Positions 37,088-49,620 of a DNA stretch of 64,000 nucleotides are shown piece by piece. The stretch's first letter is position 1. Every line of letters begins with the position of its first letter. The translations under genes and the position numbers were made by a program. Source of the DNA: Squalus acanthias (Eukaryota); assembly GCA_030390025.1 (NCBI GenBank), contig CM059432.1, positions 136,154,001-136,218,000 of the forward strand. Direction: 5' to 3'. The notes below the pieces were generated by a model. That model did no database searches, had not been told where the DNA came from, and saw only the letters and a program-made list of their open reading frames with translations.

Positions 37088-39594
37088 TTCGCTCCCCATT
37101 GAACCATGACCGTTGAGCCTTCACCTACGACAGGCACAGGCCTGCTGACCTGTTGCAGGGGAGCCCCAGGAAGTCCCAGAGTGGCACAGTGGGCGGGCAG
37201 AGGGGGGCTGGGGGCAGAGACTTAAAGTAACAGGTCTCTGCCCCTCTTTCCTCTTCACTGCTCTCAGATTCCCCAATTTCAGCCAAAATGAAGATCTACC
37301 CTCTGGTTTACTTTCGTTGTAAATTGTACTTTTCCTAAGTGGAGCAACTTGCAATTCAACTGGCATTTATATTTTAGTATATGTCCTGGAAGGTCTGTGT
37401 TCATGAGTGTGCGACATTATCGAATAATAGAAGTGTCTGTTTGCTTTCCCGATAACTTTGTACACCTTCTTGTATCAGTAACCTACATAATTACCTTTTT
37501 ACAAGGTTACGCTTACAGGCATCTTGTCATAAAGAGACAATTAAAAAAAAAATAACCATTTACAATTCTAATAAATATGTTTTTCTCTTTGTTTCTATTT
37601 TGATTGGTAATATTTTTATTTTAACGGTGAGTGCTGATGAAATCATTAGGGGAGCTGACTGGGAGGAATAATTATTGAGCCTGACAATTTGAGATTGTTA
37701 AATAACATCAATTATTTACTGTGCAACAATGACTCTGTGATTTGAACTGTGCATGATGATTCAGCTCCCTCACATTGCGAGACTCGGTGGAAATAGAAAA
37801 ATGGGGAGAGATGGAAAATGGGCAGCCCGTCACCCGTTTCACACGATCGCACAATCAAAATCTACCCCAGTAACTCCTACAGCTTAGCTTTTACCATTTA
37901 AACAAAATAATATTGGAAAAAAATCGAAAGAAAAGGCCAGAAAAAAGCAAAATGATTTTAAAGTTAATCATTTGTGTCCAATATTTTAAATGGGGTCCTA
38001 CTGGTGAGAATCCCTTGTTAAAACAAGTAGATTAATAATACTTCATTTTAAGGCACACAAACAAGTGTTTACCAACAATATAATTAAAATGCAGTTAAAC
38101 TATCTATTAATATGTTTGGAACGTGGTATTATAAACAATAACACCATAACATCAGACAGCTATGAGACATCAGTGTAATAATAACACTGTTAACTTCTAT
38201 CCAGTCAGCTTGAAAAGGTTTGTAACATATTAATAGCAGTAATAAAATAACACAAGGGTGGTTACGGGATGATAAATGCTTGTTCATAAGTGATTATATG
38301 CTTGTTTATGTCAATTTAAAGAACTAGATACTTTGCAAGGTAACTAACAAGCATAGGACCCTTATTTAAATATTTTAATGTGGCTTTTTAATACTTCCGG
38401 CACACGCCTTGGACGCCTACAGAGGAGCCGATCCAATATGGTGGGCGCCACACTTCTGGCGTGGAATGAGCGCGTGCACGCCAGCCGCCATATTGGACCC
38501 TTGGTGCCCATTTTACGCCTGTATAATGGGTGTGGCATGATCAAATTTCAAGGCCTCAGTCTCTACTACCCCCTCTGATGCATGCGTACAAACATATATC
38601 ACATTTTCAGTAAGTACGTTTTACTTATTATCTGTTTAAAATTTGCTTTCCACTAATTAAAATTATGCCCTCTACTCCAGCCAGTGTATCGTAAATCCTC
38701 AGCGTAACGTGGCTCTATTGCTCTGGCTATATAGCCTGACACTGAGTCACCCTGTACTAGTCTTCCTCACCTTCCTGTAGCCAGGCCCAGGAGTCTGGGA
38801 GCAATTCAGAACATTATTCCCCTCGCCCTTTTGATTGGAGAAGGGTTATCGAGCCCTGTGAGCAGCACAAAGAGGAGGAAAACAACACTCAAAAATGGGA
38901 TGGCGGAAAATATCAATGATTGAAACACGGACGAAAATGTACAGGAGATCCTAAATGTCATCAGGGCAAAGTCAGGAGCAAAAGGGCCCAATTTGCAACA
39001 TGAGACGTAGAGAAGATGGGGGATAAATTTGTGTGCGCCAACAAAATTGTCGGTGTCACTGGCAACTCGAGTTAATGGCTGCAGCACTACCGTTGAAAAA
39101 TTCGCGCTGGGGGTTGGCGATGTGGAGCACAGCGCTAACTTACCGTGCAACGCCCTCCTGGTGGCGTTAATGGAGGCCTCCGACCCGAAGTTCCCGTCCA
39201 CAGATGACTTTGCTGCTTCTTACAGCCTCTGAAGCGAGGCTGTGGAGTTCACATCACATTGTGGGCAATTAAAGGGGTGATGAATTAAAGGGGCAATGCG
39301 CTCAGAACTAATAAAAAAATTACAATGCAGTTAAAAGATGCAGCTTTCAGCCCTTACTGCCTTTCAGTTAAAAAATCTACCATTAAAAAGAAGTCCCAAA
39401 TGGGTTTCTTCAGCACTTAAAGGTGAATTTCCTTCTGAATCTCAAAAAATGGGAAAAGTGCTTCAGCACTAACACAAATGGCTCAGCAAGCCAGGGAAGG
39501 TCTCACACGCAGCACTCCAGCTTTGTGCAGGGGATCAACACTGCAAGAGAGATCCTCTACCCACAGGGGCCAGGAGGCCCTCCAAAAGAACGAT

Positions 39595-40442
39595 TACATA
39601 GGATTTCATAGGATATACAGCACAGAAACAGGCCATTCGGCCCAACCAGTCAATGCCGGCGTTTATCTTCCACTCGAGCCTCCTCCCGTCTTTCCTCATC
39701 TAAATCTATCAGCATAACCCTCTATTCCCTTCTCCCGCATATGCTTGTCTAGCCTCCCCTAAAATGCTATTCGTTTCAACCACTCCCTGTGATAGCGAGT
39801 TCCACATTCTCACCACTCTCTGGGTAAAGAAGTTTCTTCTGAATTCCCGATTGGATTTCTTGGTGACTATCTTATATTGATGGCCTTAGTTATGCTCTTT
39901 CCCACAAGTGGAAACATTCTCTCTGTATCCACTCTATCAACATTTTTCATAATTTTAAAGACCCCTCTTTCATCCCTCAGCCTTCTTTTTTCAAGAGAAA
40001 AGAGACCCAGCCTGTTCATCCTTTCCTGATATGTATACCCTCGGATTTCTGGTATCATCCTTGTAAATCTTCTCTGCACCCTCTCCAGTGCCTCTATATC
40101 CTTTTTATAATATGGCGACCAGAACTGCACACAGGTACTCTAAGTGTGGTCTAACCAAGATACGATACAGGTTTAGCATAACTTCCCTACTTTTCAATTC
40201 TATACCTCTAGAAATAAACCCTAGTGCTTGGTTTGCTTTTTTATGGCCTTGCTAACCTGTGTCACAACTTTTAGTGATTTGTGTATTTGTACTCCTAGAT
40301 CCCTTTGTTTCTCTACCCCACCTAGACTCGCACCCTCCAAGTGATAAGTGGCCTCCCTATTCTTCCTACCAAAATGTAATACCTCACATTTATCTGTGTT
40401 AAACTTCATTTGCCAATTATATGCCCATTTTGCAAGTTTATT
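39595..40442 (-). mobile_element. CR1 3' fragment nested in the Harbinger Myb exon
   Basis: WQMKFNTDKCEVLHFG, QFWSPYYKKDI. TSD AACGAT (39589-39594, 40443-40448). Confidence 0.88.
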
Positions 40443-40691
40443 AACGATGTGGGACCACATCACCGAGGTCGTCACTGCCAGCAGTGTCGCCCCCACCACC
40501 TGGCTCCAGTGCCCAAAGAAGTATCATGACCTCAGACCACTGGTTAAGGTCAGTGAATGCATCTTCAAAAGCCATCTCCTACCAACTGCATCACTAGCCT
40601 CACACACTGCTCAATGCACGACTCCCCCTCCACCGCCCTCCACCGCCCCCCACCACCCCCGCCCACCCCAATCACTCACCTTACAACAATC

Positions 40692-41634
40692 TTGGTTGGA
40701 GGTCAATCATCACAGCCCCAGGACATCGCTGCAGGAGTTCCTCAGGGCAGTGACCTAGGCCCAACCATCTTCAGCTGCTTCATCAATGACCTTCCCTCCA
40801 CCATAAGGTCAGAAGTGGGGATGTTCGCTGATGACTGCCCATTATTCAGTGCCATTTGCAACTCCTCAGATAATGAAGCAGTCCATACCCGCATGGAGCA
40901 AGACATGGATGACATTCAGGCTTGAGCTGATAAGTGCCAGGTAACATTCGCGCCACAGAAGTGCCGGGCAATGACTATCTCCAAAAAGCAAGCGTCTAAC
41001 CACCGCCCCTTGACATTCAACAGCATTACCATCGCCGAATCGCCCACCATAAATATCGTGGTGATCACCATTGACCAGAAACTTAACTGGACCAGCCACA
41101 TAAATACTGCGGCTACAAGAGTAGGTCAGAGGCTGGGTATTCTGCGGCGAGTGCCTCACCTCCTGACTCCCCAAAGCCTTTCCACCATCCAAGACAAAGC
41201 AGCCCGCTTGATTGGCCTCCCATCCACCACCTTAAACATTCACTCCCTCCACCACCGGTGTACTGTAGCTGCAGTGTGTACCATCTACAAGATGCACTGC
41301 AGCAACTCACCAAGGCTTCTTCGGCAGCACCTTCCAAACCCGTGACCTCTACCACCTAGAAGGACAAGGGCAGCAGGCGCATGGGAACACCACCACCTCC
41401 AAGTTCCAATCCAAGTCACACACCATCCTGACTTGGAAATATATCGCCGATCCTTCATTGTTGCTAGGTCAAAATCCTGGAACTCCCTCCCTACTGTGGG
41501 ACTACTTTCACCACACGGACTGCAGCGGTTCAAGAAGGCGGCTCACCACCACCTCCTCAAGGGCAATTAGGGATGGGCAAAAAATGCTGGCCTTGCCAGC
41601 GACGCCCACATCCCTTGAACAAAATATTTTTAAA
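40692..41634 (+). mobile_element. LINE 3' part (family of 12385-13330) nested in the Harbinger element
   Basis: GVPQGSDLGP..MFADDC. Flanked by duplicated AATCT. The empty site is visible at ~160-175 in the paralogous element. Confidence 0.88.
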
Positions 41635-43068
41635 AATCTGTACCAATCACGAGGCACATCTCCCATTCCTCGCCTCACCTCATCCCCTTTGAGGAGACGC
41701 TGCAGGCCCTTCTTGGCAGGGGCATGGCTGAGCCCTTGGCCAGCGGTGGGGCTGAAAGGATACAAGATGCTGGTACCCTCATACGTTATCCTCCTTCTTG
41801 CATGCACCTCTTGCTTGCCTGCCCGCTCCTCACCACAACTCCACCCTTGTGCCTTCCTCATTTCACACACCCAAGAAATACAGCCTGCCCAGCCAGTGCG
41901 TGACCAAGAAGAGGGAGAGGAGAGTGAAGGAGAACAAGAAGAAGAAGATTCATTTGACACTCCGAGCCACTAGGTAATCGAGGTCGACCAGCAAGGCCAT
42001 TTGCAATGTCCTCCACTGAAAGTCAGCAGTCTTCCACCAGCCATGCTGCAGCCACTGGGGTAGCACTACATAACATCAGTAGGATAGGCAAAGGCACACA
42101 CAAGACTGTCACTAAGAGAATGCATAAGGGTGATGAGCTGATTTCTGGATGCCATATTGGATGGATAGATGTATAAAGTTGGATTAGAAAGTTTGCTTTG
42201 TGGTGGCTTTTATTTCAGCATCATGGCCAAGAGGACACTGTGATGGTCAATAACAGAGGGAAGGTAAGGTGTGGGACTAATGTTGAAAGGGGAATTGGGG
42301 TTGTGGTCACTAGATCCGCAGGTGGATGATCCCATCCTGGATATCCCAGCCAGAGAGGCGCTGTCTGGGGTGCATCCTTCCGTCTGCTTCCTCCTCTTCT
42401 GCTTCCTCCTCTTCTGCTTCATGCTTTTTCTGCTTTTTCCACTTCTGAGTCTTGCTCTTCCCCCTGCGAGCAGATGCTGTAAATCTGAAATGCCAGCATA
42501 AAATGCTGGAAATACTCAGCAGCTCAGGCAGCACCTTGACCTGAGACGTGAACTCTTCTTTCTCTCTCCTTGGATGTTGCCTGACCTGCTGAGTATTTGC
42601 AGCATTTTCTGTTTTCTAAGAGGCCTTCCTTTACCATTCAAGGCCTTGCAAGCATCCAGCAGCACTCCCTACACACTTAAAAAAAACTTTTAATATCTAT
42701 TGCAGCAACCCACTACTTCAATAAAATCAAAAGATCGAGCCCAAAAGTTTAAATGCAAACTTACCTGAAAGATGTGTGTGTCCCTTTAAGAGGTGCTGGC
42801 AGTGCCTCTTGTCAGCCTCTTTACACGCTGGGTTTCCCTGGCATGGTTATGGGTCGAAGTTGGCTGTGATGACGTTAAGTCGGCGTGATGTCACCAATTC
42901 GCCATTTTTTTTCCGCAGGGCGCTAATACTTACCGGGAGCGCTACGGGACGGACCAAAATGGAGGATGCCACAGGACCCGCCATCAGCTGGTGAAAGAGT
43001 GGCGGCAGCCGCTTTTTGCCTATTTTTTGATGGTAACGGGTGGCGTAAAGCCCCCCGATTTTTCACCC

Positions 43069-43395
43069 GATGTTTCCACTTGTAGGGGAGACCAGAACTA
43101 GTGGCCATAAATATAAGATTGTCATTAATAAATACTATAAGGCATTCAGGAGAATCTTCTTTACCCAGCGAGTGGTGAGAATTTGAAACTCGCTACGACA
43201 TGAAGTGGTTGAGGCGAATAGCATGGATGCATTTAAGGGGAATCTAGATAAGTACATGAGGGAGAAAGGAATAGAAAATTATGTTGATAGGCTGAGAGGA
43301 AGTAAAGTGGGAGGAGACTCGTGTGGAGCATAAATACGGCAAAGACCAATTGGGCCGAATGGCCTGTTTCTGTGCTGTAAATGCTATGTAATTTT
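43069..43395 (+). mobile_element. CR1 3' end (host of the 39018-43068 element)
   Basis: GTAGAGAAGAT|GTTTCCACTTGTAGGGGAG rejoin. Same subfamily as 1150-2008. Confidence 0.8.
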
Positions 43396-43864
43396 ATGCG
43401 AGGGCAAAAAAATGTTATTTTTGAGCCGGCTGTGAACATGGTATAGAATGGCCCAAAAGCCATATGCAAGTGAGGCGGTAAATAGCGGCTGTACCACTCT
43501 GTGGCATTTTAGCAATTATTTTGAAGTGTTTGTTACAGACAAAGATCCAGGCAATCCTGAAGTAAACCTAACCTGCCACAAAAATAAATGTCCTTCCCTT
43601 TTTTTCCTGACAATTAATAAATACATACTGGAGTAATTTTCCACATTTAACAGGCGTAACAAAGCCAAAAGACTAAAATGTGATGCAGTTTTAAGGAAAA
43701 TAGATGCTGGGGCAGGGGAATGGGGCACTAGTTTTGGTTAATCCACAACTGAAGTCTTCCAATACTCTACACTTAGCTCCAAATAGAAACATTGGCCATG
43801 CACAGTGTATTGATACCACAATGTTGAATTCTATATGCAACTATCAAAATACAATTAATAAAGA

Positions 43865-44307
43865 GTAGAGCCACATTGTCCGCATGCCCGATATGAGACT
43901 CCCAAAACAAGCGCTCTACTCGGAGCTCCGACACGGCAAGAGAGCCCCACGTGGGCAGAGGAAACGCTTCAAGGACACCCTCAAAGCCTCTTTGAAAAAG
44001 TGCAACATCCCCACCGACACCTGGGAATCCCTGGCCCAAGACCACACAAAGTGGAGGAGAAGCATCCGGGAAGGCGCCGAACACCTCGAGTCTCTTCGCC
44101 GGGAGCAAGTGGAAGCCAAGCGCAAACAGCAGAAGGAGCGCACGTCAACCCAAGCACCCCAGCCACCCGCCCCTTCAACCACCGCCTGCCCCACCTGTGA
44201 CAGAGACTGTAGGTCCCGCATTGGACTCATCAGTCACCTGAGAACTCATTTTTAGTGTGGAAGCAAGTCATCCTCTGTTCCGAGGGACTGCCTAAGAAGA
44301 AGAAGAT
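43865..44307 (+). mobile_element. RTE-clade LINE 3' end
   Basis: RLPKQALYSEL..GKR..GQRKRFKDTLK..W plus a C2H2-like CPTC..H...H motif. (AAG)n tail. 12-bp TSD AATTAATAAAGA (43853-43864, 44308-44319). Confidence 0.9.
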
Positions 44308-44685
44308 AATTAATAAAGAACCGCCTGAACATAAGTGATGCTATGTTATCATAAGTAAACAGCTTTAGTAACGTTTTGTTCAAGTCCTTCCAGATTGCAT
44401 TCACTTACTGCTGCTGGTCTCCTCAAATCACTGATTAGAAAAACAAGCCCTGAGGAGTTGATGGTGGCAAACAATTTTATCTAAGTGGAGGGCTTTGATG
44501 GCCTCTGGTTAAGAACAGCAACAACAACAACTTGCATTTATAAAGCACCTTTATCGTAGTAAAATGTCACGTCACAGGAGCGTTATCAAACAAAATTTGA
44601 CACCAAGTCACATAAGACGATATTGGGACAGGTGACCAAAAGCTTGGTCAAAGAGGTAGATTTTAAGGAGCGTCTTAAAGGAGGA

Positions 44686-45267
44686 AAAAAATGAGAAGTC
44701 GCACAACACCAGGTTATAGTCCAACAGATTTATTTAAAATTACAAGCTTTTCGGAGCTATCGCCCCTTCCTCAGGTAGAGTTACAATGAGTGAATCTACA
44801 AAAGTTCACAGAATATAAACACAGAAACTGCAGAGATACAATCTTTCAGGGAAGGTGTCCTTACATCAAAGACACACCAAGAGCACAGCCAAGACAATGA
44901 GATGTGTCCCAGGGGGTCCAACGTGTCAAATCCTGTTGTCTGCAGTGGATATTTTTTGGGGTTTGTTTTTTGTGTTTGTTTTTTAAAAACTGGAAAGACA
45001 GACAACGATGTCAAGTCACGTTCTGTAGCGTGACATGAACCCGATATCCCTATTGAGGCCGTCCTCATGAGTGCAGAACTTGGCTATCAGTTTCTGCTCG
45101 ATGATTTTGCGTTGTCGTGTGTCTCGAAGGCCGCCTTGGAGAACGCTAACCCGCAGATCCGAGGCTGAATGCCCTTGACTGCTGAAGTGTTCCCCGACTG
45201 GGAGGCAACTATCCTGCCTGGCGATTGTTGCGCGGTGTCCGTTCATACGTTGTCTCAGTGTCTGCAT
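44686..45267 (-). mobile_element. Penelope-like element (family A) 3' part inserted in an L2 fragment (~44515-45345)
   Basis: C-terminal half of the GIY-YIG domain (RQRMNGHR..GEHF..GLNRD). TSD GGAGGA. Confidence 0.88.
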
Positions 45268-45608
45268 GGAGGAGAGAGAGGTGGAGAGGGTTAGGGAGGG
45301 AGCTGCAAAGCTTAGGGCCTAGGCAGCTGAAGTCACAACCGCCAATGGATCCATTACTGGATGCATTACTCTGGGTGCTAGGTGTGCTTATGGTATTGTT
45401 AAATTTATAATTTTTTTACTTGTCACGGCGAGAGGTATCGGTGTTGGTGAATTTAGCATTTTGCCACTTTGGGTTCACAGTGTCGGTGTCAGACATTCCC
45501 AGGCCGCCACAGCTAGTACCTTTATCAGTTGTTATAACTGGGCTGGTCACAGATCTTGCTAACCATCAGTGCCTGACTGTGAACAGCTTCTAAGCTAACC
45601 CAAGAAGA

Positions 45609-46568
45609 TGACGACGAACACCTTGCTAAGGCCATCCCCACGCCTCCACTACTCACCTTCAAGCAGCCGCCTAACCTCAAAAGTACCATCGTCCACAGCA
45701 AATTACCCAGCTGTCAGGAGAACAGCGACCACGACACCACACAACCCTGCCACGGCAACCTCTGCAAGACATGCCAGATCATGAACACAGATACCGTCAT
45801 CACACATGAGGACACTACCCACCAGGTACATGGTACATACTCATGTGACTCGGCCAACGTTGTCTACCTGATACGTTGCAGGAAAGGATGCCTCAGAGCA
45901 TGGTACATCGGCGAGACCATGCAGACACGGAGACAACGTATGAACGGACACCGCGCAACAATCGCCAGGCAGGATAGTTGCCTCCCAGTCGGGGAACACT
46001 TCAGCAGTCAAGGGCATTCAGCCTCAGATCTGCGGGTTAGCGTTCTCCAAGGCGGCCTTCGAGACACACGACAACGCAAAATCATCGAGCAGAAACTGAT
46101 AGCCAAGTTCTGCACTCATGAGGACGGCCTCAATAGGGATATCGGGTTCATGTCACGCTACAGAACGTGACTTGACATCGTTGTCTGTCTTTCCAGTTTT
46201 TAAAAAACAAACACAAAAAAACAAACACAAAAACAAACCCCAAAAAGCACGGAGAGAGAGGAAGGGATATGGAGAGAGATCTGCTACAGGACAGTAGGAT
46301 TTGACACGTTGGACCCCCTGGGACACATCTCATTGTCTTGGCTGTGCTCTTGGTGTGTCTTTGATGTAAGGAAAGATTGTATCTCTGTAGTATCTGTGTT
46401 TATATTCTGTGAACTTTTGTAGATTCACTCAGTGTAACTTTACCTGGAGAAGGGGCAGGATAGCTCCGAAAGCTTGTAATTTTAAATAAATCTGTTGGAC
46501 TATAACCTGGTGTTGTGCGACTTCTCATTTTTGTCCACCCCAGTCCAACGCCGGCATCTCCGCATCAC
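45609..46568 (+). mobile_element. Penelope-like element (family A), GIY-YIG endonuclease and 3' repeat
   Basis: CKTC..NVVYLIRC..C..WYIGET..RMNGH..GLN. 12-bp TSD AACCCAAGAAGA (45597-45608, 46569-46580). Confidence 0.92.
46440..46479 (+). ncRNA. Minimal type I hammerhead-like motif (core variant CTGGAGA)
   Basis: TTAC-CTGGAGA-A-GGGGC..GCTCC-GAAAGCTT-GTAA. Homologues at 44740-44778 (-) and 31553-31594 (-). Confidence 0.6.
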
Positions 46569-46809
46569 AACCCAAGAAGAGGCAGTCTTTCCCAGAGAGC
46601 TAACGAACAGAGCACGAGTCACTCAGACTAAGAATAGTAACTAAGGCTGGCAAGTGCTTCTTCCAGGTAGTCCCAGCACCTGTAACTATGATTCACTTAA
46701 AGCAAGGATTATCAATCACAGTGACGCCCCCCCGCCCCCTCTAACTGTACTCATGCTGTCCTTGCTGGTTCAAGCTGTCGAGGCTTTCCTAATGCTTGTG
46801 CCATTCTGA

Positions 46810-47042
46810 TTTTCTTTATGCACTCCTGGCTGGCCTCCCACATCCCACTCTACATAAACTTGATGTCATCCAAAAATCTGCTGCCCGCGTCCTAACTCGC
46901 ACCAGGTCCCGTTCACCCATCACCCCTGTGCTCGCTGACCTACATTGGCTCCCGGTTAAGCAATGCCTCGATTTTAAAATTCTCATCCTTGTTTTCAAAC
47001 CCTCTATAGCCTCACTCCTCCCTATCTCTGTAATCTCTTCCA
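46810..47042 (+). mobile_element. L2 fragment
   Basis: LLAGLP..AARVLTRT..LHWLPVKQCLDFKIL. Confidence 0.8.
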
Positions 47043-49190
47043 GCCACTTCTTTGGCCAGGAGTTTCCCCCCCCGCACAGCTGACCCTTTCTCCCGTTTTC
47101 AGAATTCTCATTCTACCTGGACCCCTCCCTTCGCCTCTAACCCTCTCTAGATCTTTTCATTGTGAATTGCCGGAGTGACATCGGCCATCTCAATTTCTCT
47201 ACTTCCCTCACTCGCTCCAACCTACCTCCCTCTGAACTTGCAGCACTCCGTTCCCTCAGATCCAACCCCAACATTGTCATTAAACCTGCTCTGGTAGACC
47301 CATCGTTTCAGCCTGTTCTTGCCCCACGGAACTGATTTCTTTCTATCTCGACTCTATTTTTTCTCCGCTTGTCCAGTCTCTTCCCACCTACATCCGCGAC
47401 TCTACCGACGCCCTCCGCCACTTTAACAGTTTCCAGTTTCTTGGCCCCAACCGTCTCCTTTTCACCATGGACGTACAATCCCTCTACACCTCCACCCTCC
47501 ACCAGGATGGCCTGAGGGCGCTCCGCTTCTTCCTTGAACAGAGGCCCAATCAGTCCCCATCCACCACCACCCTCCTCCGCCTGGCTGAACTTGTTCTCAC
47601 ATTGAACAATTTCTCCTTTGACTCCACTCACTTCCTCCAAATCAAAGTTGTTGCTATGGGTACCCGCATGGGTCCTAGCTATGCCTTTCTTTTCGTGGGA
47701 TATGTGGAACATTCTTTGTTCCAGTCCTACTCAGGTCCCCTCCCTCACCTCTTTTTCCGGTACATTGATGACTGTATCGGTGCTGTTTCCTGCTCTTGCC
47801 CTGAACTAGAAAATTTCATTCACTTCGCTTCCCATTTCCACCCTTCCCTCACCTTCACATGGTCCATTTCTGACTCTTCCCTTCCCTTCCTCGACTTCTC
47901 TGTGTCCATTTCTGGGGATAGGCTATTGACAAATATTCACTATAAGCCCACTGACTCCCACAGCTACCTGGACTACACTTCCGCCCACCCCACTTCCTGT
48001 AAGGACTCTATTCCATTCTCCCAGTTTCTCTGTCTCCGTCGTATCTGTTCTGATGATGCCACCTTCCATACTAGGGCTTCCGAGATGTCTTCCTTTTTCC
48101 TCAACCGAGGATTCCCTCTACTGTGGTTAACATGGCCTTCGACCGTGTCCGTTCTATTTCCCGTACTTCTGCTCTCACCCCTTCCCCTCGCTCCCAGAAC
48201 CACGACAGGGTTTCCCTTGTCCTCACCTTCCATCCCACCAGCCTCCACATTCAAGTATCATCCTCCGCCATTTCCGCCACCTCCAGTGTGATCCCACCAC
48301 CAAACACATCTTCCCCTCCCCTCCCCTTTCAGCATTCCAAAGGGAACGCTCCCTCTGCGACACCCTGGTCCACTCCTCTATCACCCCCAGCACCCCTTCC
48401 CCTTCCCATGGCACCTTCCCGTGCAAGCGCAGGAGATGTGACACCTGCCCTTTTACCTCCTCCCTTCCCACTGTCCAGGGCCCCAAACACTCCTTCCAGG
48501 TGAAACAGTGATTTACTTGTACTTATTGCAATTTAGTATACTGTATTCGCTGCTCACGATGCGGTCTCCTCTACACTGGGAAGACCAAACGCAGATTGGG
48601 TGACCGCTTTGCGGAACACCTCCGTTTAGTCCGTAAGGGTGACCCTGAGCTTCCGCTTACCTGTCACTTTAATTCTCTGCTCCACTCCCACGCTGATCTC
48701 TCCATCCTCGGCCTTTTACACTGTTCCAACGAAGCTCAACGTAAGCTCGAGGAACAGCACCTCATCTTTCAATTAGGCGCTTTACAGCCTTCAGTACTCA
48801 ACATTGAGTTCAACAATTTCAGACCATAACCTCTGCCCCTATTTTTTTCCCACATGGCAGCTGTTGATGATTCTGCCATTCCCATTTACACCTCATCTAG
48901 ACTCATCTTTTGTTTCTTAACTTGTCTCATTACCATCTCCTTTTGCCTTGCACCATCATCCCGTTTGTCTTTTAATCTCTCCTGCCTTCCATCCTATCAC
49001 AGATCTTCCCTTTTGTTCTTTCCTCCCCTCCCCGCTATCCCTGCCCCTGCACTTGCTTAAAAATCTGTGACATCTCTAACCTTTTCCAGTTCTGACGAAA
49101 GGCCACCGACCTGAAACGTTAACTCTGTTTCTCTCTCCACAGATGCTGCCTGATCTGCTGAGTATTTCCAGTATTTTCTGTTTTTAATTT
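47043..49190 (+). mobile_element. Penelope-like element (family B): RT + GIY-YIG, frameshifted
   Basis: MDVQSLYT, AMGTRMGPSYA, RYIDD, LPFLD, YKPTDSHSYL (PLE RT). LVYCIRC..LYTGKT..GDRFAEH (GIY-YIG). Confidence 0.93.
49088..49124 (+). ncRNA. Minimal type I hammerhead ribozyme motif with an intact core
   Basis: AGTT-CTGACGA-A-AGG(CCACCGA)CCT-GAAACGTT-AACT: helix I AGTT/AACT, helix II AGG/CCT, palindromic AACGTT helix III. Confidence 0.75.
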
Positions 49191-49620
49191 CTTGCATTTA
49201 TATAGCGCCGTTCATGACCTCAGGACGTCCCAAAGTGCTTTACAGCCAATGAAATACTTTTGAAGTGTAGTCACTGTTGTAATGTAGAAAATGCGGCAGC
49301 CAATTTGCACACAGCAAGCTCCCACAAACAGCAATGTGATAAATGATCAGATAATCTGTCTTAGTGATGTTGATTGAGGGATAAATATTGGTCAGGACAC
49401 TGGGGAGAACTCCCCTGCTCTTCTTCAAAGTAGTGCTTTGGGATCTTTTACATCCACCTGAGAGGGCAGGTTTCATGTCTCAGCTGAAAGGCAGCACCTC
49501 TGACAGTGCAGCTCTCCCGCAGCACTGCACTGGAGCATCAGCCTAGATTCTTGCGCTCAAGTCTCTGGAGTGGGATTTGACTCAAGCAAGACTGGAACCG
49601 ACTGAGACACGGCTAACACT
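49190..49620 (-). mobile_element. DeuSINE, full length
   Basis: Reverse complement of 53993-54450. Confidence 0.85.

Larger units (their letters stand above)
39018..43068 (+). mobile_element. Harbinger-derived element with a decayed Myb/SANT gene and nuclease tail, containing two nested LINEs
   Basis: Ends GGGGGATAAATT / GGGTGAAAAATC, TSD GAT. Myb remnant WDHITEVVTASSVAPTTWLQCPKKYHDL at ~40447-40550. Acidic nuclease-like tail on the minus strand at 42310-42420. Colinear with 1-1149. Confidence 0.85.
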
